In this document: positions 1 through 10,848 of the stretch, in pieces | How positions within the stretch are numbered: position 1 is the first letter of the stretch | Layout: every line of letters begins with the position of its first letter | DNA from: Klebsormidium nitens | Lineage: Eukaryota; Plantae; Klebsormidiophyceae | Direction: 5' to 3' | NCBI GenBank assembly: GCA_000708835.1 | Contig: DF237184.1 | Span: forward strand, 62,001-126,000 | Length of the DNA: 64,000 nt | Position numbers and translations under genes: made by a program | The notes under the pieces: model-generated | Told to the model about the DNA's origin: nothing | Databases searched by the model: none | The model's input: the letters and a program-made list of their open reading frames with translations, nothing else

Positions 1-1
1 A

Positions 2-757
2 CGCAGGCAAACTGAGGTATGCCCTCAAACTCTCCGATAGACCCCACAACGGTTTGCGGGTGGGCTGAGCTGCAAGGCCTGGGCGCCATGATAACCTTGT
101 AAAACAACTCAGATCCATATGTTTTGCTTGCATACCGACGCTCAACAACGTCCGCTTGATCAAGTTCAAAAGTGCGTTGGCAGCCGACTGGTTTGCATTG
201 ATGAGCCAACCCGTGTTGCCAATCCCCTCCTTTGCCGTAACCAGCACTCCCCTAGGCTCCGAGTCCCGGACTCGCGAGTTGCCAATCATTACCCGCTCCA
301 AGCTCACACAGTTCGACTCGTCCGACACGCAACGCAACAGCTTGTAATAGACATCCACGGCCACTCTGCCTCCCAGGCCGTTGCTGACATAGGCACCCCT
401 TATGGGTGATGTCAGCGCAGCGGCGGCAATAGGACTGATGTCATCGGGCAGCCCATTGACGAGGTTGTACGCATTTGTGTCAAACACGTTGCGTCCTGTC
501 AGCAAGGAGTAGTACTTGATGTCCCTTCCCAGGCGGCTGAGATAATAAGTGTTAAAGTCGTGGGTCATAGTTGGAGGGGCGGATACAAGTTGCTGGCTCA
601 ACACTCCCCCTGCTGTCCAAAAACAGACAAGGAACAGGAGCTGCGGCGTGCGCCCGAAGGACGTGCTAGGGACCCCCATGGTGCGCCTCGTGGATGACAA
701 ACTGGCCGCAGCGCCTAAGATTCGTCGAACTGGAAGTTGAAGGAAGAGAAAAGGCCT
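2..757 (-). CDS. Partial coding region of unknown function running off the left edge
   Basis: Manual translation: the minus frame is stop-free from 757 to the window edge (...HDFNTYYLSRLGRDIKYYSLLTGRNVFDTNAYNLVNGLPDDISPIAAAALTSPIRGAYVSNGLGGRVAVDVYYKLLRC...). It is absent from the ORF track because no stop lies in the window. In-frame ATG at 679; candidate acceptor ttccag at 730-735. No family recognised. Confidence 0.55.
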
Positions 758-1108
758 TCAGAAAGCTGCTACTAATGCAACTTTGAAGGGTTGTCAAACT
801 GATACCTAGTCCTTGGCAGCGGCTTGATGTTAGGCCTTATCATAAGCGGAAAACATTGGCAAGAAGAGAAAAGCGGCGAGAGCAGCTGTGCCCACTGCCA
901 ACTGCGGCATAGATATACGGTACACCGTCCAGTCTGGTGTCGGTGACTGTTAAATGCTCTTCGTCATATATGTGCACATAGTTGTCCAGCGCTAGCCGTA
1001 AGTTGTCGACACCGGAGGGAGTGCTCTGCATGATTGGCTGCCAGTTCGTACCACGTGGATGGAGAAAGGTTGTTGTACACCGTACGGTATTGCCAACTCC
1101 CAATGTGG

Positions 1109-1989
1109 TTATCAACAGCTATAAAGCCATCTGGCATGACCGATGTCAAGCTGTAAAAGACCGTGGCTTGCTTTTTCAAGATCGCGTAAAACTCTTGCCT
1201 GTTGGCAAAACCATTGATGAGCTAACCGATGAGGATTTTGCGGCGCTTGCTGACGCTTGGAATAGAAAACAAACACCACTGCCTGTATGGCAGCATCATA
1301 GAGTTCGGCCCCGCCGTGGCCGTCCCCAGCCTCCTGTGGCTCCAAGCACCCATGCTCGAACTGTTGCGGCGCAACACCTTCGAGCTAGCCCGCTAGGTTC
1401 GGCTTCACCTCGAGCTTCAAACTTGGACCCTTCTGTCAGTGCCCGTCGCAATAAACGAAATCGGCTCCCCGATCTCAATCTCCCTGCACTTGCACCCGCA
1501 GCAAAACGGTCTGGCCCCACACGGCGACCTTCCTCCCAAGAGGATTTTGTCATGCCTGCTTCCTCCGCTTCGCTTGATAGTCAGGCTCTGTTATCAACAG
1601 AGTCATTGCAGGCCTTGCCTGCTTCGACTTCACCCTTCATCAACCTCGTGGATGCTCGTGCTTTAGCGCCTGCATCCAGGGTTTCTCTTTACAATCCTCC
1701 ACAGCAACAACAGCATTCTCCACCTCCTCCACGACCTGCTCACAAACGCTTGAGGACGATGCCACCTCAATCACTGCTCGACCTCAATCAGACTCCCTCC
1801 GACTCGGAATCCGAAGGCGAACCTCTCATCGATCCTCGACACGTCAGGAAACGGAGAAAATCGTAACGTCCCCGCTTAGACTCTTTAGTCTCTGAATCAT
1901 CTTACACATCGCTCCGCTTTTGCGGTATGCCAGTCCGCAGACTCCTTCTGATGAGCTGCGTACGGCCAGATTGTACATCACAAAAAAAA
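1109..1989 (+). mobile_element. 5'-truncated poly(A)-tailed retro-insertion, probably the 3' end of a LINE
   Basis: A8 tail at 1982-1989; exact 17-bp direct repeat gccaactcccaatgtgg at 1092-1108 and 1990-2006; ORF to 1866 whose YKAIWHDRC segment resembles, by eye, the W-x-x-R motif near LINE ORF2 C-termini. Confidence 0.75.
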
Positions 1990-2004
1990 GCCAACTCCCA
2001 ATGT

Positions 2005-2152
2005 GGGGCTTGTCTCCCAAGATTCAGAAGCCCCGGGTAACTCAACTAAACACCCTAACCCAAACATTACACGCTCCTCACCCACACCCACCCTAACCAC
2101 CAAACCAACCCTACCCGTCCCCCGGGCCGCTAAACCTTGGGAGACAAGCCCC
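2005..2152. mobile_element. 148-bp MITE-like inverted-repeat element with no evident TSD
   Basis: Perfect 17-bp inverted repeats ggggcttgtctcccaag (2005-2021) and cttgggagacaagcccc (2136-2152); symmetric inner cccggg at 2032 and 2121; C/A-rich interior with ccctaa motifs. Confidence 0.55.
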
Positions 2153-3729
2153 TTACGAGATCGATCGACACTGGCCGAGTTGTCACAATCGGGTTGTCCA
2201 CATGGTTCCCATAAATGCCGTGCCACCGTGGCGCAAAACCCACGCGGTGACCCTCAGTTGGGCGGGCCGCTGTTGACATCCGCTGCGGCCGGCTACTATA
2301 GGCTACAGGCGCGGGCCGCCTTCCGTTCGATGAGGCTTGAAGAGGCTTGCACACTGACACGCGCGCCAGCGGTCACTGCTTGACTCGGACTGCTATGCTG
2401 CTGGCTCGTCAGCTCGGTGGCCGCCGCTCCGCCGCGCCGCTGGCCGCGCCGATATCCCGATAATATATTTTCAGCTCCTTATCAGCTTCTTCTTTGCTGT
2501 CCCTTAGCACCTGCTTTGCACAATAGGTGCACAATTAATGGTCTCGCTTCGACTCGTTCTTGCAACCTTGCACGAGCCGTCGAGCTCTGGCTGGCCGCCT
2601 TTCCCTCATGACCAACCGCTGGGACAACGAGTCAGAAATGAGTACACCCTTTCGCTTTCTTCCTTTCTCTCATGCATGCTTGCTTGAACATGCTTTGACA
2701 TGCTTCCGCTTGCACATCTTTGAGTATCATGGCATGATGCTTGCAGAGTGACCTCAGATGCTTTGGGGGGGGGCTTGGTACGACTGGCCCGAGCATGATG
2801 TTGGATATAGGGACATAGCTACTTTGTGGCAGCATAACACTAAGTGCCCCTGAGTGCCTGAGACCCATTGAGCTAGTGTTCCATTTGTTGAGTGGCCCGG
2901 GTATAGGCAACTCATGTAGAAAACGTACAAGTGATCGGCTGGGACCGCCGAAAAAGTGTGGGTCCCAACATGGTTATAAACATGCATGGTTAACATAAAA
3001 ACACGAAAAACATGTTTAAGCTGAGAGTTCACGGCACATATGTCTGCTTGCAACCTTTATAGGCCGGTGTTTGTGCGTGCGTGACACAACATCAATAAGA
3101 AGTTCAATGGCCCCGGAGCTGGGGGCAATACTTTTATTTCCATCATGTCAGTAGCATGCATCCATAGGATTCGAGGGCCGAGTAGATCGGAAACCGGCAA
3201 TTGAGATAGGATTGAAAGTAGGGTGTCCGGGCCGTTCTCGACACAAGCTGGCATGGGACACAATACCCCACGTCACCGGCAGTGCCAGCGCATGCTTCGA
3301 TCGACCTGACGGTTTCTTACAAACCGTGATCGATCCGGATTCTGCATCACAAGCTGCCTTTGTTGGAAGTTCTCATTAACCTGCTTGCTACGTGTTGAGG
3401 AACTCCTTAATGCATCCTAAGTTTCCGCTGGTGTTGCGTCCTCAGCAGATTGGTCAATGGCAAAGTGATAGCCTGAGAATTCAAATGCGGTTTGCTTGCC
3501 CAGTATTCCCTTGATCAAATCATGCCACCAAGTCTCCTCCTCTCTTATTTGAGCTCAAACCCGTGAGCCTAGGGTCCGGGCCTCAAGGATTTGCATGTAA
3601 TCAGAATCCCACGGTGCTTCGACATATCGGTCTGAATTTATAAGGGCGGATGCTTCTTCGTTTCGTGCGAAAAGCCCACACTTGCTCAGACATCTCCGCT
3701 CTTCTATTGCTTCGAATTGGTAGGAATGA

Positions 3730-6700
3730 TTAACTGCCGAGATCCTCTCCCTCTTGTCCTTCCTTGGGCTTGTAGACACTGAACTCTCCAAACTCCCGCT
3801 TTCCGCTGCACAAGAGCATGGCCTTCAAATGATTGGCACTCTACGCAAGCGTTTGTCATTGACCAGAACAACAGTCAAGTCGACCTTACTGTTGAGTGCT
3901 TTTTACGCTTCAATCCAAGGGCATCGGTGAAGCACATTGACCTGGGTGGTCGAGTAAACCAACTTACCCCTTCTCGTCCTCTTAGCGAGAGTATCTGACT
4001 GTCTCTTCTGAATACCGCCCAACACATACCACATGGTGCAGGCGCCGAACGTGAAACAACCATAGAACGTCATTCTGTTCATGATCCCGGAGACGCATTC
4101 ATGGAAGTCAGCTGTGTGGGGGAGTGATCTCCGAACGAGCGACAGGAAACAAGAAAAGGCGAACAGTACCAGAGATCGCAACAAGCAGACATCCGTAAAA
4201 CGGGCGACCTGGCACGATAACAAAGAAAGCGAAAGAGAGAGGTGGAAAACAAGAACGAGAAGAAAGCGGCGACAACACACCTGTGCTTAACATCCCAGGC
4301 AGGGGGCAGATACGTCGGCCGCAGCGCCTCCACGAAGCACGCGCGCCACTCCTGGACAAACTCCCGCAACGTATCCTCCCCCCCCGTCGCCTCCAAAATC
4401 TCCACCACCCGCCTTCCGTGCTGTCCGTGCCCCAGCACCGCCTCCGCCCGTCTCGCTTTCTCCCCCGCCCCTAGTTCGAGACCGCCCCCCGACAGCTCCG
4501 CGCGCATCCGCTGCCGCTGCCGCCGGCTCATGATGCCGTTCCGCCGGGAGTGCGGGAGTCCGTCCGCTCCGTCGCCGGCGGAATCCGCTCTATTTGGGTC
4601 CGTTTCCGCCTCATTGTGTCCTGCTTCATCCTCTTCCCTTCCTGCCCGATCCGTTCCCGCCGTTGCGTCCTCTTCCGTTTGTGACCGTTCCGCTCCACCC
4701 CCCTCGCTTCCGTTCTCCACGTCTCCAGGGCAGATCGCCCCATTCCGTCCCGTTTCCCGTCCGTTTCCTTCCGCCAAGTCCTCAGCAAACTCCGCTCCAT
4801 TTCCTTCCGTTCCGTTCGCCTCGTCACCAGCGGAATGCTCTCTGGCCCCGTTCGCAGCCCCTTCCCTTCTTGCTTCCTCCCCGCTTCTCTGGCCTTCACC
4901 ATCCTCACCCTCTTCTCCAATGATGTCAGCACAAGCCCCCATTTCCGCTCCTTCTACACCAGATCCCACGCCCTCGGTGTTTTTCAGCGAGTCCTTCGAA
5001 CCGTTCCGCTGGACACTTTCCGCCGCTTCTTGTTCTTCTTCCGACGGCTCCGTTTCTGAGCGGCCGGAAGGAGCGTCCAGTCGCGAGCCCTTCTTCTTGT
5101 AGACCCGCCGCTGGCCCTTGGGCCCCATACCAATTAGCCGCGCCTCCATTAGATCTTGATGAGTTAGCGACTCCTTGCCGTAGTAGTCTTTCATAATCTG
5201 CACGAGAAGTAGCTAGAAATCAGAGATCAGAGAGATCAGAGATGAAGGACTAGAGGCAAAAACACTACATTCGATGTCAGCAAAGTCGTTGAAATCTACC
5301 CTGAGTTCAAAGGTCTTTGCAATAGGAAAAGGCAGTCTTTAAACCGCGCGCTGAAGTCTTCCATCAACTTGACAACTCGGCATTGCCTATGAACTTGAGC
5401 ATACCCAAAGTTTTTAAAATCAAGGACATACTTTCCGGTCCAGCCATCAACATTCCAGGACTCATCTCCGTAAACGAACGTCTTCGGAGGTGCTCTCCCA
5501 CCTGCTCTAGTTCTGCCACCCTCTCCTTGGGCATCACGCTCCCGTGCATGATCAGCGCAGTCGCCGCCCGCCGGAGCCCGTCAGGATCGACCCCTTCCGT
5601 TCCGCTCCCGGCCTCTTCCGCCGTTCCGCTCCCCTGGACCTTGGCCGGAATAAGGGGAACGCCGAACTTCCGCGCCACTAGTTTCTTGTGGCGCTCCGTG
5701 GCCTTATGCGCGACCTCGTGACAGTCGACGCAGAGGAGCACGATGTCGTGACTACGGTGGCTCTTGAGATGCTCCGGAAAGTGCTGCAAAAAGTGAGTTG
5801 AAGACAGGTTAGCGACGAAGATAAACGGGAACCCCACTGTTAAAAAGTTTATATGTGATACACGAAGAATAGACGTACAGCAGCACGATGTCGTGCGAAT
5901 GATGGCTCTGAGGTGCTCACAAAATAGCTTCCAAGAAGGGTTAGTCAAGATGAGCAGAAAGTGGTAAGTCTTGGTGAAAGGTGTTGAAGAGAGACAGGGA
6001 AGACAGTGCCGTGCGAACGATAGCTCTTGAGGTGCTCCGGAAAGTGCAGTATTGCAAGGACTTTATAAACTAGAAGAAGAGTTTGATGCTCTGAGCAGGA
6101 TCCAATGACTACTTGGGAAAGCAATTTGTCAAGTGCCCAGTGACGTGACTGCACAGCGCTGCAGCGCAACAGCTGCTAATTTTAGGATTTCAGAAACTTG
6201 AGAAGAAGATGAAACGAAACCCTCCGCAGAAGCAGCGAAGCATCCAAGATAAATTGACCGAAGAAACGCAACGCAGCCAAACTTGAGGTCGCTTTCTTAC
6301 TTGGCGGTAGCACGACGGAACGAGGCGGAAGCGCAGGTAGTGGCTGGTCTCGCCACAGGCCACGCAGCGGTTCGACTTGGAGCTGATGTAGAACTCGTTG
6401 TTCTCGTCTTCTGGGCGACCCTTAGGCTCGAAGCGCAGTGTTATGGAGGGCGGGTTGTCGCCGCAAAACTCGGCCAGGCCTTTTTGGACGTACCAATCGA
6501 GCTTCTTCCTGAAAGGGAACGACGAAGAACAGCCTTGTTAGGCTTCTAGCTTTCTGACTTTCCGAAAAAGAAATGTCACAAAACAGTGTTTTCAAAGTGC
6601 CTCTTTCTGGATGATTTAGTTGCTTCCAGATTGTGCCTCAGCCGTCTCTCAGACGATTCGTTCACTGGGGCTTTTCGTCATGGAAGTTGCCGTCGTGGAA

Positions 6701-9700
6701 GTTGAGTCATAAAGTGCAATTCTAGTCAACGCTGATAAATCAGCGGTTCTTGACCCTTTTATCGTAGGAGTATGCGGAAGGCAGACTCTTCAACTTTCAA
6801 CAGTAGTTCTCGCTCATCCATACAGGCAATAGTGCATTTCGTGTTACCATTCCATCCAGCCATTCCCCCAAACGAAAAAGCATACTCTGGCTCATCCAAA
6901 GCTTCCGGTGCGATAGCACCGTCGATTCCGGGTCTAAAAAGGGGCGACCGGGCCTACCTGTCGCAGTAGCACAGCAGTCGCCCGTCCCCCGCGTAGATCC
7001 TGCAGTTCTCGTACACCGTCTTCTTGCACGCAAACTTGCTCACAAAGCGCGCCCGCGCCGCAGCCGGGTCCCGGTGCTGCTTCGCCGGGTGCACCTTCTT
7101 CGTCAGGCTTTCGTCATCCACGCGCGCCCAACCGCTAGGTTCGTGGCCGCTCCGGCGGCCTTTCGCGTAGCCGGAATTACCCCCCGGGGGGATCCCCCGG
7201 GTACCTTCGCTGGCCGGATGCTCCCCCCCGGAAACGCTTACTTCGTCGTCGAAGAAATTGTAAAGTTGGGCGGCAGGGGAGGTTGAGAAACGGGCGATGA
7301 TCTCGCAAACGGCGGCGGCATTCCGTTCGAGAACTAGGGACGGCGAGGTGGTCACTTCCAAGAAGGGGTGCGGCGCGGGCTTGCTCGCGGCGCGGCGGTC
7401 GGCCCTCCGGACCGTTTCGAAGAGGTCGGAGGGCGTTTTTGGGCACGTAAGCGCAACCGCAACTAGAGCGGCGTCCGTCAGAACCGCTCTCAAACTCTCG
7501 TCCTCGGCCCGGGCCGTTCTGTCGCGCCAGTCGTAGAGCGCGCGAACGCACTCCCGGAAACGGAGCCCCTCCTCGGGATTTTGCGCGCGCGCGTGCTGCG
7601 CGCCGACGGGCGTGCTGTAGTGGCGGGAGATGAGGGACGACGCCGAGGAAGAGCCGGGGGGCTCCTTTTCGTACAGCTGTAAGCAGAGCCCGTTCGAGCG
7701 GCCCAGCACCTGGGTCAGCTTCTCTAGGCGAATCGCACGGGGCTTGTCAATGAGGTTGGTCTTGTCGGCCGTCCTGCTGATGTCATCGCCCGCTTTGCTG
7801 ATGTCAGACATCGTTTCGCCAACGCGCACTTCAGCAGCCCTCTCGCCTACGTCAGCCTCTGCGCCTAGACCGCCTACTGGCCCTTCCAAAGGCGTCTCCT
7901 CGTCCGAAGTTGCGGTTTCCTCCTCGGAACCTCTAGCCGTTCTTGTTTCTACCTCAACCACCGAGCCCCTCGCCGACTCTCTAGCCTTCCCCTCAAGCAA
8001 TTCCGCCCGCAGACGCTCCGCTATGTACACCAGATAATGCGCGTCCGTCCTCGCGTATTCCAACAGTTCCGGGGGGAGCGGCCGGCGGCGCCAGTCGGAC
8101 CGCTGGAACCTCTTATCGGACGTCACCCCACAGTAGCACTGTAACAGGAAGGCTAGAGATTTCTGGGGCTTGTCGAGCGCAATTGCGGCCCGGTACGTGT
8201 CGAAGACGTTGACGGTGTAGATGTGGAAGTCCCGCTGGAGCCACACAATGTCGTTGTCGGAGCCATGGAAGACTTTGGTGATGCGGGGCGAGGAAAACGG
8301 CGTGCGCAGCAGGTGCATGACGTCATGGAGGGCGAGCGTGTCAACAACGTAGTCGCAAGTTCGGGTGGAGATCTGCAGGAGCGCTAGAAGCTTGAAAATG
8401 GCTGCGCTAAATTCAACTTTGGTTGTTCCAGCAAATTGGCCACAAGTCTTTTTGGGAGTGGATGAAGCTCCGTGGGAGAAGTAGAAGAGGTCCAGAGATA
8501 GGACGTGGTTCGTTGAGTTCTGAAGGAATCTTTTAAAAGCTAAACGAACAAGGGATGGGGTTTGACGATGAAGCTGCAGAAGAGAGTGCACACCTACGGC
8601 GCAATCTGGAGGGTTGGTTGTAACCAAATACCCAATACGTCATTTTTCCAACATTCATACGCACTTCGTCAAGTGCCTTCTTTTCAAACAAAAGACTGCA
8701 GGTTGCCGCAGATATCCTGGCGGTTGCAACGCCCTCACAAGAAGGGGCGGTAAAAGGCGAGACTTGTACTTCAAGTTTGATATGGGTGGCGCTGAGCAAT
8801 GTTTGGCCTTGAGCTTGACATCTGCAAGGGTCGCGACTTGTCAAGTAATCTAGGGAATGAACTGGAGACGAACCTGGGGCTTGGTATTATCAAAGAGGGG
8901 TCATCTCTACTGCCCCTACAGAACTACGTTAGAGTCAGCCAAGACGACTTTATTCGGAGACGGGGTCTGACCACCTCCTCACCTCCAAGCGGGATACGTG
9001 CACTGCCAGTTATTTACCTAGCTTGAGAACCGCGACATTTTTGTAACGCTCAGGAATCGGGCTCAAAACGCCGATTGGCGGCTGGGCGGTGGTCAACAAG
9101 CAGCAAACGAGATGAAACGGGAAAAAGGCCACAAACGAAAAACACGGTGTCATCGAACTTTGAAACGCTATGCAATGTCTTGGCCACAGATCGATTGATG
9201 TTGCGGCTAAGCAGCCTGTCTGGCTTCATTGTCCTGTTTTAGTCGTAGAATATTGTGCTAGGCAGTTGGCACTGTCAACGCCACCGCAGATCCGACTAAC
9301 TTCTCGCTAAGAAGAAAGATGAAACTGAGAAGCGCCCTATTTTGGTCAACTTTGGTCAGTCAATTGGCAGAGCGTTTTCAATTCCCTTCTTGCCAATATC
9401 CAAACCTCCACCCCTCACCCCTCAACTTTGTCGCAGCATACTCCACAGACTCAATTGTAAACCCAGTGTTAACCATGGTTTAACCTCACCTGCAGCAGTG
9501 CGGTGTACCCCAGGAACGAGTGCTGGCTGTGCTGCTCGGTGTCCACTCCAAACTCAGACACCTTCAAAAGCTCCGCAGCTAGTTGCTCCAGCTGATCTCT
9601 GCTCTGTACCCAGACGTACTCCACTTCCTCCAAGGAAGGCGGCTCTTTGACATGTTCGGCGGAGGCGGCTGCCAATAGCAGCTTGGAGGGGTTGTCGAGA

Positions 9701-10661
9701 AGAGCGCGAATCTCGGGGCCGTAGGGGTGGGGCTCCGAGGGATCTGGGGGGAAGGGAGCTTGCAAGTGAGTGCAAAGCTTGAAGAACCGGTGGTGGGGTT
9801 TCTTAGTCCGGCCCAAGTGAGGTGAATCCAGAATTCAGTTCAATACAAACACTCAAGGAATGGCCTAACAAGATGTTGGGGCACCTTTTACAATGAACTC
9901 TAGGCCGCCAACTGACCACGCTGAGGAGTGAGATTGAACAGCGCGAGTAGATGTCTAGAAAGGCTACCCAAATGAAGCCCATGCAACACAATCACAGCCA
10001 AGCCCTTGCTTCACAATCAGCCATTCACAGAATGACCTCTCAGACGAACTCAAAGAGCAACACAGGCACCGTGTGCATCAGTCAGTCTGAGGTGGTGCAC
10101 GGATCAAGAAATGTAAAACAATCACCGGCCACTTATGTCCAAGACAGTAGTTCCTATTCAGCCAATCAGCAGTATACCCTCAAACCAACTCAAAAAGGCA
10201 ACTGAGAACCTTGTGTATCGGCGATCCTAGTGCACGCGCAAAGAATCTGAAGCCAATCAGCTGCCACAAGTTCTGTTCGAGACAGTGCTTCCTGTTCAGC
10301 CAATCAAAGGTATACCACCCAAGAAAGCAACACGAGAAGCTTGTACATCAGCCAATCTTGAGTGGGGCGCACATCAAGAATCTCAAAGGGATCACCGCCC
10401 ACCTTGGCCTGGCCTCCTAAGGTGCACAAAGGGCCCCAGCTGGTTGTCCGCCAGCATCACCTTCCAATTGTTCTGCGGCTTTTCCAAAAACATCTTCCTT
10501 TTCCTTTTCCTTGAGCCAGTTCCTGAGTTTTCCCGTTGCTTGTAAGTCTGCCTCCAATGAAAGTAGAGAAGGGCGCCTGCCGCCACTGCGGCAAGGCCTG
10601 CCACTACGATCGCCGTGCGGGCCGTATTAAACTGCGGGGCGCTGCTCACGGAAGATGCCAT
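3730..10661 (-). CDS. RRP6L3: RRP6-like 3: DEDD 3'-5' exonuclease with HRDC domain, N-terminal TM helix and EXD2-like C-terminal domain
   Basis: Seven phase-consistent GT-AG exons: 10661-10403, 9758-9490, 8372-6958, 6508-6301, 5783-5502, 5197-4281, 3805-3730. Motifs: KPQ..VLADN, FGVDTEQHSQHSFLGYTALLQIST, KVFHGSDNDIVWLQRDF, DWRRRPL..YARTDAHYL, HRDC (LYDWRDRTARAEDESLRAVL), end GKREFGEFSVYKP. Confidence 0.95.
5738..6050 (-). repeat. Exon start of RRP6L3 plus two decayed intronic copies
   Basis: Real exon start encodes HFPEHLKSHRSHD (from 5783). Copies near 5883-5930 and 6005-6047; the latter translates HFPEHLKSYRSHG with the acceptor cag changed to ctg. Confidence 0.85.
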
Positions 10662-10848
10662 CAAGTGCAGCCCAGAGAAACACTGCTCTATGGTTTCCGG
10701 CGGCGAGTGGGGAAAGGATCCACTCCGTCAGAGTTGTTCAGCTCAACTACCGGCTACAGCAGCTCTGGAAGAGGCGCCCCCAGCTCACAATCCACTGATC
10801 GAAGTCTGAAGCTGCAGACTGCAGGGTCCAGGTGCATGCAGTGATTAA

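Noticed and set aside
590-679. Apparent signal peptide on the left-edge ORF
   Set aside because: The hydrophobic stretch coincides with a pyrimidine tract ending in cag and may be an intron 3' end; secretion is not claimed.
880-945. Plus-strand C-x2-C-x8-H-x4-C pattern (CAHCQLRHRYTVHRPVWC) resembling a LINE zinc knuckle
   Set aside because: Lies outside the TSD-bounded insert, in another frame and closed by a stop; the opposite strand looks more coding. Probably chance.
2040-2115. Telomere-like ccctaa motifs
   Set aside because: Only two isolated hexamers, not an array.
4242-5102. Long antisense or alternate-frame ORFs here and at 14316-15062, 40624-42007 and 7630-8037
   Set aside because: Shadow ORFs of GC-rich exons in identified genes; low-complexity translations with no motifs.
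5215-5245. Short atcagag repeats in an RRP6L3 intron
   Set aside because: Ordinary microsatellite-like slippage.
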